64,000 nt of DNA, from contig NW_024704742.1 of NCBI RefSeq assembly GCF_018977255.1, positions 138,014,001 to 138,078,000 of the forward strand, given 5' to 3'. Within the stretch, counting starts at the first letter, position 1. Each line of letters begins with the position of its first letter. Of the stretch, positions 26,401 through 39,066 are shown in pieces. The translations under genes were made by a program, and so were the position numbers. The notes beneath the pieces were generated by a model, which worked only from the letters and a program-made list of their open reading frames with translations, searched no databases and was not told the DNA's origin. This stretch comes from Callorhinchus milii. Taxonomy: Eukaryota.

Positions 26401-29400
26401 TCTATGAAAATTTGACTTCCAAATTCACAGAATTTTGAATTGTGCCCAGTTTTACATGTTGATCCATTGGTCTAGACCGTGATAACTTTTGGTTCTCAGG
26501 ACTCCATGTCATTACTATATTCTAATACCCTACCCCTGCCTGAGGCACCATATTAATGCAAGTTGTTGTTTGTTGTTGTTGTTGGGAGCTTTACTGTGTC
26601 TCTAACCCTGACCTGGGAGTGTGGACGCACAGTGTAGAGGGAGCGTTACTGTCTCTAACCCTGACCTGGGAGTGTGGACACACAGTGTAGAGGAGCGTTA
26701 CTGTGTCTCTAACCCTGACCTGGGAGTGTGGACGCACAGTGTAGAGGGAGATGGCAATCAGAGTAAGTTGTATTTGTTGTTGATGGAAATATCTTGTGTT
26801 TCCAGCTTCAGTCACTTCCTGCCCTGAAGGGTGGAAAGAAGTTCCGAGTCCAGACTCCGATGACCTCTAACCCCACGGAGAGTGTGACACAGAGCAAGAC
26901 CACCACAACAGCACCCACGAAACCCCCCACACACTGCCTCCCCCACGACCGGCCCCATCCAGACGGACGCCCCAGGTCCGGGGCGAGGCAGGGCAGGTGC
27001 TGGACACTCAGTGTGAGGAGGCCACTTGCCCTGTTGACAGCTTCTGTATGAACGAGTACGAGACTGGAGGCTGCCGGTGCCACTGTAACCTGGGCAAGGG
27101 CGGCGAGACCTGCAGCGATGGTGAGAGCAACACTGAGAACCTGCAGGGTGCGGGCACACCCCAGACATATACCCACACAATCCTGTAGCTCAGGGGTTAG
27201 AGCCCTCGCCTCGCAAACGAGAGGACCCGGGTTTGATTCCCGGGCAGGGGGCGAAACATTGGGCAGGTTTCCTTACTCCACACGCCTCTGTTTACCAGCA
27301 GTCAGTAGGAACCCGTTTGTTAGTCGATTGGGGGATCACTTTCCGGGAGTAACAATCCCTTCAAAATAACAAATAATAATAATAATAAATTGGTTACTCA
27401 ATCCACGACTGTTTGTGGACATTGCTGTGCGCAATTTGCTGCCGTGTTTCGCCCACAAAATATACGGTCAATTCACTTTACAGTGTGTTCTGTGAAGCGC
27501 TTTGGGACGTCCTCCCGACGTGAAAACGCTACATCAAATGCAAGGATATTATTATTAATATTAATATCAAATGCAAGGATTATTAATGCAAGGTGGGCTG
27601 GAGTGGGGGAGGGAGAGAACTTTATAGAGGTGTGTAAACGTGTAAATGGGATTGAAAAGTAAACCCAGATCATCGCTGTCAGATACACTGAGACAGTAGA
27701 ACAAGAGGCCACAGGGTTAGAGTGGCGGGGGGGGTGGGGGGCAGGACAGTGCCGCTCACACCATAGAATCATAGATTCATACAGCGCAGAAGGAGGCCAT
27801 TCGGCCCATCGTGTCTGTGTTGGCTCTTTGAAAAAGAGCTTCCAAATCAACCCCACTCCCCCCGCGCTCTCCCATAGCCCCGATCAACCCCACTCCCCCG
27901 CTCCTCCCATAGCCCTGATCAACCCCACTCCCCCGCTCTCTCCCCATAGCCCTGATCAACCCCACTCCCCGCGCTCTCCCCATAGCCCTGATCAACCCCA
28001 CTCCCCCGCTCTCTCCCCATAGCCCTGATCACCCCACTCCCCCCTCTCTCTCCCCATAGCCCTGATCAACCCCACTCCCCCGCTCTCTCCCCATAGCCCT
28101 GATCAACCCCACTCCCCCGCTCTCTCCCCGTAGCCCCGATCAACCCCACTCCCCCGCTCTCTCCCCGTAGCCCTGATCACCCCCACTCCCCCGCTCTCTC
28201 CCCGTAGCCCTGATCACCCCACTCCCCCGCTCTCTCCCCGTAGCCCTGATCAACCCCACTCCCCCGCTCTCTCCCCGTAGCCCTGCAAACTTGTCCTCCC
28301 CAAATAATGATGCACTTCCCTCTTGTTATGGAGTCGGCTTCCCTCAGCCTTTCAGGCAATGGATTCCGGATCCCGACAACTCACTGTGTGAAAAAAAAAC
28401 AGGTCGTCTCAAAGTGCTTCGATGGGTTTCCACGTGTGTCAGATACCCAGTTCCCAACCGAGAGCTGTACACATGTGTGTTATATTGTGTAATGACGGCT
28501 CACTCTCTCTCTCCGCACAGATGTCCCTGTACAATATCCCCGGTTCTATGGCTATTCCTACCTGACATTTGAGCCGCTGAAAAACTCTTACCTTAAATTT
28601 CAAATCACCATCGAGTTCAAGGTAAGGGGAGTCTGGCTGAGGAAGAGAGAAGGTTAACACCAGCTCTCTCTCTCTCTCTCTCTCTCTATCTGTCTGTCTG
28701 TCTCTGTCTGTCTGTCTGTCTGTCTGTCTGTCCGTTAGTCAGTCAGTCACATAACATTGTCGTTCACTTCATGTGCTGCGTGAGACCTGAAACCTTCCTC
28801 TACGACTGTGCTTACGGTCACCCCACCCCCCCCCCCCCCCACCCCCACCGGCTCAGTATCATGCTCAGCAATGTCAAGCGCTGTGAGGCGCTAACCTGCG
28901 CGTTGTGTGTAAATTGGCTGCCGAGTTCATCCACAACACACACAGTCACTACACTTCACCGTGAATCCCTGTCCAAAGCTTTGAGCCGTGTTGATGTTGC
29001 AGAAGTTGAATCAAATACAACTTATTTCTTCCTTCTGGTCTTTCTTTTGTACGTGGGAGAACTGCGGTCACTGTGTTTCTCTCTCCCTCTCGCTCTCTGT
29101 TTCGCTCCCTCTCTCCCTCCGGCTCTCTCTTGGTCTCTGCGTCTGTCTCTCTCTCTATCCGCTTCTCTCTCTCTGTCCCTCTCTTTCTCCGACTCTCTCT
29201 GTTTCTCTCCCATGCTCTCGCTATTTCTTTCTGTACGTCTCTTCTCTCTCGCTCTTTCTCTCTGTCTACCTCTCTCACCATCTTTGTTTCTCTGTGTCTG
29301 TCTCTGTCTCTCTCGCTGTCTCTCTGTCACCGTCTCTCTCTCTCTGTCTGTCTCTCTCTCTCCATCTCTCTTGTATTTTTCTCTTTATCTCCCCTCTCTC

Positions 29401-32400
29401 TCTCCCTCTCTCTCTCCCCAGACGGAGTTGGAGGATGGGTTGCTGTTATATTGCGGGGAGAACGAGCTGGGCCGCGGCGACTTTCTCTCTCTGGCCGTCA
29501 TCAGGCGCCGAGTCCACTTCAGGTAAAACATCGCAGGTTCCCTCACTCCCCGCTCTCTCTCTCCCCATCGTGTCTCTCTCTCCCTGCTCTCTCTCTCTCC
29601 CCACCGTGTCTCTCTCTCTCCCTGCTCTCTCTCTCTCCCCATCGTGTCTCTCTCTCCCTGCTCTCTCTCTCTCCCCATCGTGTCTCTCTCTCCCTGCTCT
29701 CTCTCTCTCCCCATCGTGTCTCTCTCTCCCTGCTCTCTCTCTCTCCCCATCGTGTCTCTCTCTCCCTGCTCTCTCTCTCCCCATCGTGTCTCTCTCTCTC
29801 CCTGCTCTCTCTCTCCATCGTGTCTCTCTCTCCCTGCTCTCTCTCTCTCCCCATCGTGTCTCTCTCTCCCTGCTCTCTCTCTCTCCCCATCGTGTCTCTC
29901 TCCCTGCTCTCTCTCTCTCCATCGTGTCTCTCTCTCCCTGCTCTCTCTCTCTCCCCATCGTGTCTCTCTCTCTCCTGCTCTCTCTCCTCCCATCGTGTCT
30001 CTCTCTCCTCTGCTCTCTCTCTCCCCATCGTGTCTCTCTCTCCCTGCTCTCTCTCTCTCCCCATCGTGTCTCTCTCTCCCTGCTCTCTCTCTCTCCCCAT
30101 CGTGTCTCTCACTCCCTGTCTCCCCATCGTGTCTCTCTCTCTGCTCTCTCTCTCCCCATCGTGTCTCTCACTCCCTGTCTCCCCATCGTGTCTCTCTCTC
30201 TCCCTGCTCTCTCTGTCTCCCCATCGTGTCTCTCTCTCTCCCTGCTCTCTCTGTCTCCCCATCGTGTCTCTCTCCCTGCTCTCTCTGTCTCCCCATCGTG
30301 TCTCTCTCCCTGCTCTCTCTGTCTCCCCATCGTGTCTCTCTCCCTGCTCTCTCTGTCTCCCCATCGTGTCTCTCTCCCTGCTCTCTCCCCATCCTGTGTG
30401 TCACTGTCAGTGTTAGTAACCTCACTCCCCGTTCCTCCTCATCTCTCCTGATTCCTCATTAACAATCCTATCAGTGATTACGACACTGTTCCCCAGCTCT
30501 CTCCTTTTCCTGGTCAGAAGATCTCGTTGACTTGTCCTCGCTATTGTCCTGTAGCTCAGGGGTTAGAGCCCTCCCCTCGCAAGCGAGAGGACCAGGGGGC
30601 GAGACATCGGGCAAGTTTCCTTACCTCACACGCCTCGGTTTACCCAACAGTAAGTAGGTACCCGGTTGTTAGTCGATCAGTGGATCGCTTCCCGGGGATA
30701 ATAAACCCTTAAAAAGAAATTGGTCGCTCAACCCGCGACTGTTCGTGGGACGCTGCTGTGCGCAATTGGCTGCCGCGTTTCACCGACAAAATACACAGTC
30801 ACTAGACTTCACAGCATATTCTGGGAAGCCCCTTGAGATGTCTCAACGATGCGTCTCTCTCTCTCTCTCTCGCTCTCTCTCTGGCAGGTATAACTGCGGC
30901 ACGGGGCCCGCTATGCTGGTCAGTGAGAGTAAGATCCAGTTGGGACGTTGGCACACGGTGACGTTTGGGCGCGAGGGGGTAAATGGTTGGTTACGTCTGG
31001 ACAACGACCCGCCCGTCACCGGCAAGTCCAAGGTAACTGCCCCTTGGCAACTCCCAGGACATTCAGGCCCTCTCTGAGCCTCTATCTGTGTGTGTGACAG
31101 GGCCTGTGATTAGGTGTGTGTGTGTGACAGGGCCTGTGTTTAGATCTGTGTGTGTGTGTGAGACAGGGCCTGTGTTTAGGTGTGTGTGTGAGACAGGGCC
31201 TGTGTTTAGGTGTGTGTGTGTGACAGGGCCTGTGTTTAGATCTGTGTGTGTGTGTGAGACAGGGCCTGTGTTTAGGTGTGTGTGTGAGACAGGGCCTGTG
31301 TTTAGGTGGTGTGTGAGACAGGGCCTGTGTTTAGGTGTGTGTGTGTGACAGGGCCTGTGTTTAGATCTGTGTGTGTGTGTGAGACAGGGCCTGTGTTTAG
31401 GTGTGTGTGTGTGACAGGGCCTGTGTTTAGGTGTGTGTGTGAGACAGGGCCTGTGTTTAGGTGTGTGTGTGTGTGACAGGGCCCGTGTTGTGTTACAGGG
31501 ACACTACACTAAGATCACCTTGCGCTCCCCCCTGTACCTGGGGGGGCTCCCAGCGTTTACTGGCTGGTGCGGGCGTTGGTACCAACCGTGGGCTTCAGGG
31601 CTGTGCTCAGGCCCTGGTGATTAACGGGCATCGGGTGGACATGAGGCCCTGGCCTGTGGGCAGAGGCCTGAGCGGGGCTGACGTGGGTAAGTCAAAGCAC
31701 TTAGAGACGTCGCGACAACGTGATAACAACAACAGCAACAAATGCAAGGATTATTATTATTATTATTATTATATGTCAGTCTCTGACACGGTTTATGTTG
31801 TCACCGACACCAGGCGGGTTTAGTTTACCCAGAGGATAACCGTGCAGACCGGTAGCTCAGGGGTTAGAGCCCTCGCCTCGCAAGCGAGAGGACCCGGGTT
31901 CGATTCCCGGGCCGGGGGGCGAGACGTTGGCCAAGTTTCCTCACTCCACGCGCCTCTGTTTATCAGCAGTCAGTAGGAACCCGGTTGTTAGTCGATCGAC
32001 GGATCACTTTTCGGGGGTGTAATAATCCCTTCAAAATAAACATGTTTGCGGGACGCTGCTGTGTGCGCAATTGGTTGCTGCGTTTCGCCCGCAACATACA
32101 CAGTCACTACACTTTACGTGTATCCTACGAAGCGCCGTGAGACGTCTCATGGACATGATAAGGCGCTGTATGAACCGCGAGGATCATTATTATATAACGA
32201 GTGGAACGGGGTTAGAGGGAAGGGGGTAAATTGAGGCCAGGACACTGGGACTGGATTATGCTGTGATGGGGTGGTGGGGGGGGGGGGGTCGGGGGGGTTC
32301 GAAGGGTCTTCATCTGACCCCATCTTGCGATCTATTGCTGTTCGCATCAGGTCAGTAATTTAATTGATTGGTGTACGGCTCCTACTATGGACCTCTACGT

Positions 32401-35400
32401 ATTTCTCTGTCCCTCTGCCTCTCCGTCCCTCTGTATCTCTCTGTCTGCCCTCTCTCTGCCGGTCTCTACTCGCTCTGGTTTGCGCTGTTTCTCTCGCTCT
32501 CCCTCACTCGCTCTGTTTCTCACTCTTTTCCCCTGGTCTTTTCTCACTCCGCCTCACCCACTATTTCTCTCGCTCTTCTCGTCTCTCTCTCTCTCTCTCT
32601 CTCTTTCTCACTCTCCGTTTCGCTCTCACCCCCTTCCCGTTTTCACACGCTGTGCGGCGCGTCTCTCGCTCTCTGTCCGTCTCTCGTTCTCATTTTGTCT
32701 CTCTCGCTCACTCGGTTTCTATCTCTCACTCGGTGTCTTTCTCTCTCTGTCTCTCTCACTGTCTCTCCCTCTCTCTGTTTCTCTCACTCACCTTTCATTC
32801 TGTGTCTCAGTCTCTCTCCCTCACACTCCGTCTGTCTCTCTCTCTCTCTCACACTCTGTCTGTGTCTCACACCCTCTCACAGTCTGTCTCTCTCTCTCTC
32901 TCGCACACACTCTCACACTCTCTCTCGCTCTCTCACACACTCACATTCTGTCTCTCTCACTCTCACATTCTGCCTCTCTCTGTCACTCTCTCTCTCTCTC
33001 TCTCTCCAGGTGAATGCAGCACTGGGTTGTGTCATCAGGTTTCCTGTTCGAATGGTGGAGTGTGTGTTGCTAACCGTGCAGACTCCTACCTGTGCCTGTG
33101 TCCCCTGGGATTCCGCGGCAAACACTGCGAGGAAGGTACGACCAGCCCAGACTTTCTCCTTTATTACTGTGTGGAGTCATCCCTCGCTCTCGCTTCCGAG
33201 TCAGGAGGTTGTGGCTTCGAGCCCCACGTCAGGGGCTCTGAGCTCACAGTCCGAGGCAGATGCTCCATCGCAGCGCTGGGGAGAGAGAGAGAGAGAGAGA
33301 GACTCGTCCTTCAGATGAGGCGTTAAATCTCGCTCCCCGTCTGTGTCCTCAATCCATGACTGTTTGTGTCCATCTGTGACCAGCGCTCCCTCTGCCTCCT
33401 CGTCCTCCTTGACCTCTCTGCTGCTTTCGACACCGTCGACCACTCTATCCTCATCCACCGCCTCTCCTCTCACCTCAACCTCCGCGGCGCTGTCCTTGAC
33501 TGGTTCAGATCGTACCTCTCACACCTCCTGTACTTCATCTCCTCAAACGGTTTCTCCTCCAAACCCCCGCACCGTCTGGTGCAGTGTTCCTCAGGGCTCT
33601 GTCCTCGGTCCCCTCCTCTTCAATATACGCTCCCTCTCGGTGACATCTTCCACAGACACGGGGTCAACTTCCACTTGACAATAGTTCTCCTGATTGTCTC
33701 CCGTCAGCGCCTCCTCACCTCAGGCCCTGACAGCATCACCATCCCTGGGGCTCACTCCCCCTCACTGCGCCAGTCCCGAACCTTGGGGTCTGGTTTGACC
33801 CTCAACTATCCTTTCTACCCACATCTGCGCCATGACCCGCTCTGCCTTCCCCACCCCCGCAACATGGCCCGACTCCCCCACTGTCTCCCACCCCGAGACC
33901 CTCACACAACCTTCATTACAGCCAGACTCCACTATGCAAACTCCCTCCTTGTCGGCCCCCAACTCCTCCCTCCACAGACTGCAGATCATCCCGAACTAAC
34001 TCTGCAGCCCGTGTCCTCTCCCCCACCCCATCACCCCCATCCTCACCCCCACCAGGCTCCCCGACCCCATCACACCCATCCTCACCCCCACCAGGCTCCC
34101 AGAACCCCATCACCCCCATCATCACCCCCACCAGGCTCCCCGACCCCATCACCCCCATCCTCACCCCCACCAGGCTCCCCGACCCCATCACACCCATCCT
34201 CACCCCCACCAGGCTCCCCGACCCCATCACCCCCATCCTCACCCAAACCAGGCTCGGTGACCCATCACCCCCATCCTCAACTCCTCTGGCTTCCCATCAC
34301 ACAGAGGATACAGTTCAAGATCCTAATCCTCACCTTCAAAGCCCCCATGGTCTTGCTCCCCCTACCTCTCGACCTCCTAACCCCCAACCATCCTGTTCAC
34401 TTCCTCCGCTCAGCGGGCTCCGGCCTGCTTCACATTCTCCGCCTCGCTCGGCCCACTATCGGACGGGCGGGCCTTCTGCCACTCTGCCCCCACCCTCTGG
34501 AACTCCACCCCGCAGTCCCTCCGTCTCACCCCCTCCCTCGCCACCTTCAAGACCCACCTCAAGACCCTCCCCTTTGACTGCGTTTTCGATCTCTCTGAGA
34601 TCGAAATGACATTGCTGTGCGCAATTGGCCGCCGCCTTTCGCCCACAAAACATCCAGTCACTACACTTTACAGTATATTCTGTGAAGAGCTTTGCGACGT
34701 CGCGACGACGTGATGAGGTGCTGTGCTGAATGCCAGGATTATTATTATTATTATTATTATATTGAATCCCAGCAGCAGGTGGCGCCGTTTCCCCGTCTGC
34801 AGTGAGCCACGGTCCGAGAGGGTGGTACTCCGCCCCCTGGAGGCCATCACACTCATTGCATCTCTCTTGGAGCCAATGCAACACACAGCTCCTTCCAAGT
34901 TGGGAGGGCGTCCAAGGCCTGATAGTCCGCGGATGGACACCTGAGCTCGGGAGGTGGTAACCGAGGGGGTAACTGAGGGGGAAAAGATGACCAAAGGCAC
35001 GGTCAGGAAGGAGGAGCGGATCTCTCCTGGGACGCTGCTGTGCGCAATTGGCTGCCATGTTCCGCCCACAAATATACAGTCGATTCACTTTACAGTATAT
35101 CCTGTGAAGCGCTTTGAGACGTCTCGAAGACGTGATAGGGCGCTATATCAAATGCAATGATTATTATTATTATTATTATACCAGTGTAATTTGTTCGTGC
35201 CCTCCGTTGCACTCCGCTTTCAGCTACAAAGCCCGAAACTCTGGAACACTCCCCCTCTATCCCTCCGCTTTGCCCCTTCCTTCCCCACCTTCAGATGGCG
35301 CCTGAGGACCTTCCTCTTCGACCGTTGTCTACAGTCACCTCCCCCCCGGCCTGGCGTCAGGCTCCGCAGTGCCAAGCGCTGTGGGACACTGCCCTGGGTG

Positions 35401-38400
35401 AGGGGGCCGCTGTGCACAGGCAGGTTGTGACGTTGTTGTTGTTGTTGTTTGTGTGTTTGCCGGGGCAGGTTTCCGGTTGGTGTTGCCGGAGTTTAACGGC
35501 ACTCTGCTGTCCTTCGCGGCCCTGCACTGGCCAATGGACGCCCGTCACTACCTGTCCTTCACCGAGTTCCTGATCGCCCTCCGGCCGGCCCGGGCTGACG
35601 GCCTGATCCTCTACAGCTACGACACCCAGAGCAAGGACTTCCTCTCCTCCGCCTTCTCCGGGGCTTCCTGGAATTCCGCTTCGACTGTGGCTCCGGCACA
35701 GCCGTCATCAGGTCAGCCGGAGCGCCCCGGCGTTCCCGAACCTTCCCCGCCAGGAGAGGACCCGGTGCCAGGGCTTCAGGATTCCTCCGTTGATGGAATG
35801 TAGTGGATCCCTGGATCTTAGCGGTTGGACCACCGCACAGTGTCCCCTCGCGCAGGGCAGGGTCCGGCAGAGCCGGGGGGGAGGGGGAGGTGACCGTAGG
35901 CGCGATCGAAGAGGAAGGGGAAGGAAGGGGGCGACGCGGAGGGCACAAGGGACGTGCAGGAGGTCGGGGCCAGTGGGTGGTGGAGACTGGCGAAGACTGG
36001 TGTGATGGGGTTACGGAGTATGGTGATGAACCTCTCTCTCTCTCCCCCCACTTTCTCTCTCCACCACCCCCCCGTATCTCCCCCACCACCCCCCCCCTCA
36101 CTCACTCCCATCTCTCTCTGTCTCTCTCACCATCTCCCTCTCGCCCCACCTCCCGCCCCCCGCCAACTCCCGCCTCTCTCTGACCCTCCTCTCTCTCCCC
36201 CCCCACCACCCCTCTCTCCCCCCCCCCACCCCTCACAGGAGTGAGGAGCGGATCTCTCTGAACCAGTGGCACGAGGTGAGGGTCTCTCGCACGGCGAGGA
36301 ACGGTATCCTGCAGGTGGACGAGCAGCGGCCAGTGGAGGGGCTGGCGGAGGTGAGTTGGCTGCTGGGGGTGGGGCGGGGGTGGGGGTTGGGGTGGGGTGG
36401 GGGTTGGGGCGGGGGTGGGGCGGGGGGGTGGGCAGTGAGGGGTGCTGTGTGTGGGGGGGTGGGCAGTGAGGGGGTGCTGTGTGTGGGGGGGTGTGGGGGG
36501 CAGTGAGGGGGTGCTGTGTGGGGGGGCAGTGAGGTGCTGGTGTGGGGGGGGTGTGGGGGCAGTGAGGGGGTGCTGTGTGTGGGGGGGGCAGTGAGGGGTG
36601 CTGTGTGTGTGGGGGGGCAGTGAGGGGGTGCTGTGTGTGTGGTGGGGGTGTGGGGGGACAGTGAGGGGTGCTGTGTGTGGGGGGGCAGTGAGGGGGTGCT
36701 GTGTGTGTGGGGGGGCAGTGAGGGGGTGCTGTGTGTGTGGGGGGGGTGTGGGGGGACAGTGAGGGGTGCTGTGTGTGGGGGGGGTGGGGGTCAGTGAGGG
36801 GGTGCTGTGTGGGGGGGGCAGTGAGGGGGGGCAGTGTTTGGGGGGGTGGGCAGTGAGGAGGTGCTGTGTGTGGGGGGGCTGTGGGGGGCAGTGAGGGGTG
36901 CTGTGTGGGGGGGCAGTGAGGGGTGCTGTGTGTGGGGGGGTGTGGGGGCAGTGAGGGGGGAGTGTGTGGGGGGGTGTGGGGGCAGTGAGGGGGTGCTGTG
37001 TGTGGGGGGTGTGTCCCTCTCCCTCTCTCCCTCTCTCTGTAGATAGAGCTGAATGACCGGCCATCGCGGCTGCAGCAGGATTTTGTGTTGGGCGTGAATG
37101 TTGTCAACGCTCCTCACGCCTGTGTCTCTAATCCCTGTCACAACGGCGGCTCCTGTCGCCCAATGTGCGACACCTTCCAGTGTGACTGTCCTCTCGGCTT
37201 CGATGGCGATCGCTGCCAGAAAGGTGAGAGAGAGAGAGACTTGGGGAGAGGGTGTGTGAGCGAGAGAGTGGGGAGAGGGTGAGAGAGAGAGAGAGAGCGA
37301 GAGAGGGTGGGGGAGAGTATGAGCGAGAGAGAGAGAGAGAGAGGTGGGGGGAGGGTGAGAGTGTGTGAGTGCGAGAGAGAGAGAGAGAGAGAGTGAGTGT
37401 GAAAGAGAGAGAGACTTGGGGAGAGAGAGCGTGAGTGAGAGAGAGAGGGTGGGGGAGAGAATGAAGGGGAGAGCGAGTGAGTGTGAGACGGGGTGGGGGG
37501 TGGGGGAGAGAGCGGGAGAAGGGTGAGAGTGTGAATGAAAGAGAAGGGGGAGAGAACGAAAGAGAGAGGAAGAGAGAGTGAGTATGAGAGAGGGAGGAGA
37601 GAAGGGGAGTATGAGAGAGAGAGAGAGTGAGAGTGTGTGAGTGAGATATATAGAGGGAGAGAGACAGGAGTGTGAGAGAGAGATACAGAGAGTGTGTGTA
37701 GAACGAATGGAGGGATGTGATGTGTCAGAGTCTCTGAGCTCACAATCCAGCCCAGCGCTGGGGGGAGAGAGAGCAGCGCTGGGGGGAGAGAGCAGCGCTG
37801 GGGGGAGAGAGAGCAGCGCTGGGGGGAGAGAGAGCAGCGCTGGGGGGAGAGAGAGCAGCGCTGGGGGGAGAGAGCGAGAGAGAGAGCAGCGCTGGGGGGA
37901 GAGAGCGAGAGAGAGAGCAGCGCTGGGGGGGAGAGAGCGAGAGAGAGAGCAGCGCTGGGGGGAGAGCGCGAGAGAGAGAGCAGCGCTGGGGGGAGAGAGA
38001 GCAGCGCTGGGGGGAGAGAGCGAGAGAGAGAGAGCAGCGCTGGGGGAGAGAGAGCAGCGCTGGGGGAGAGCGCAGAGAAGAGCAGCGCTGGGGGAGAGAG
38101 AGCAGCGCTGGGGGGAGAGAGAGCAGCGCTGGGGGGAGAGAGTGAGAGAGAGAGCAGCGCTGGGGGGAAAGAGTGAGAGAGAGAGCAGCGCTGGGGGGAG
38201 AGAGAGCAGCGCTGGGGGGAGAGAGAGCAGCGCTGGGGGGAGAGAGAGCAGCGCTGGGGGGAGAGCGTGAGAGAGAGAGCAGCGCTGGGGGGAGAGAGCG
38301 AGAGAGAGAGCAGCGCTGGGGGAGAGCGAGAGAGAGAGCAGCGCTGGGGGGAGAGAGCGAGAGAGAGAGCAGCGCTGGGGGGAGAGAGAGCAGCGCTGGG

Positions 38401-39027
38401 GGAGAGAGAGCAGCGCTGGGGGGAGAGAGAGCAGCGTTGGGCGGAGAGAGAGAGAGTGAGCAGCGCTGGGGGGAGAGAGCGAGAGAGAGAGCAGCGCTGG
38501 GGGGAGAGAGAGCAGCGCTGGGGGAGAGAGAGCAGCGCTGGGGGAGAGAGAGCAGCGCTGGGGGGAGAGAAAGCAGCGCTGGGGGGAGAGAGCGAGAGAG
38601 AGAGCAGCGCTGGGGGGAGAGAGCGAGAGAGAGAGCAGCGCTGGGGGGAGAGAGAGCAGCGCTGGGGGGAGAGAAAGCAGAGCTGGGGGGAGAGAGCGAG
38701 AGTGAGAGAGAGAGAGAGAGCAGCGCTGGGGGGGGGAGAGAGAGAGAGAGAGAGAGAGCAGCGCTGGGGGGAGAGAGCGAGAGAGAGAGCAGCGCTGGGG
38801 GGAGAGAGAGCAGCGCTGGGGGGAGAGAGAGAGAGAGAGAGAGAGCAGCGCTGGGGGGAGAGAGAGCGAGAGAGAGAGAGCAGCGCTGTGGGGGGGAGAG
38901 AGAGAGAGAGAGAGAGACACTTTGTCAGAGACACCGTCCTTCGGGTGAGACATTAAACCACCACATCTGTCCCTGTTCAGGTGGACATTAAAAATAATAA
39001 AACTCTGTCGGGAAAAGAGTTGGGAGT

Positions 39028-39066
<39 letters not shown>

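Larger units (their letters stand above)
26252..35820 (+). repeat. Near-identical direct second copy of 14584-~24490
   Basis: Begins gtcgaggctgatgctccggc exactly as at 14584; same exons, SINEs, L2 fragment and minisatellites in the same order. Confidence 0.97.
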
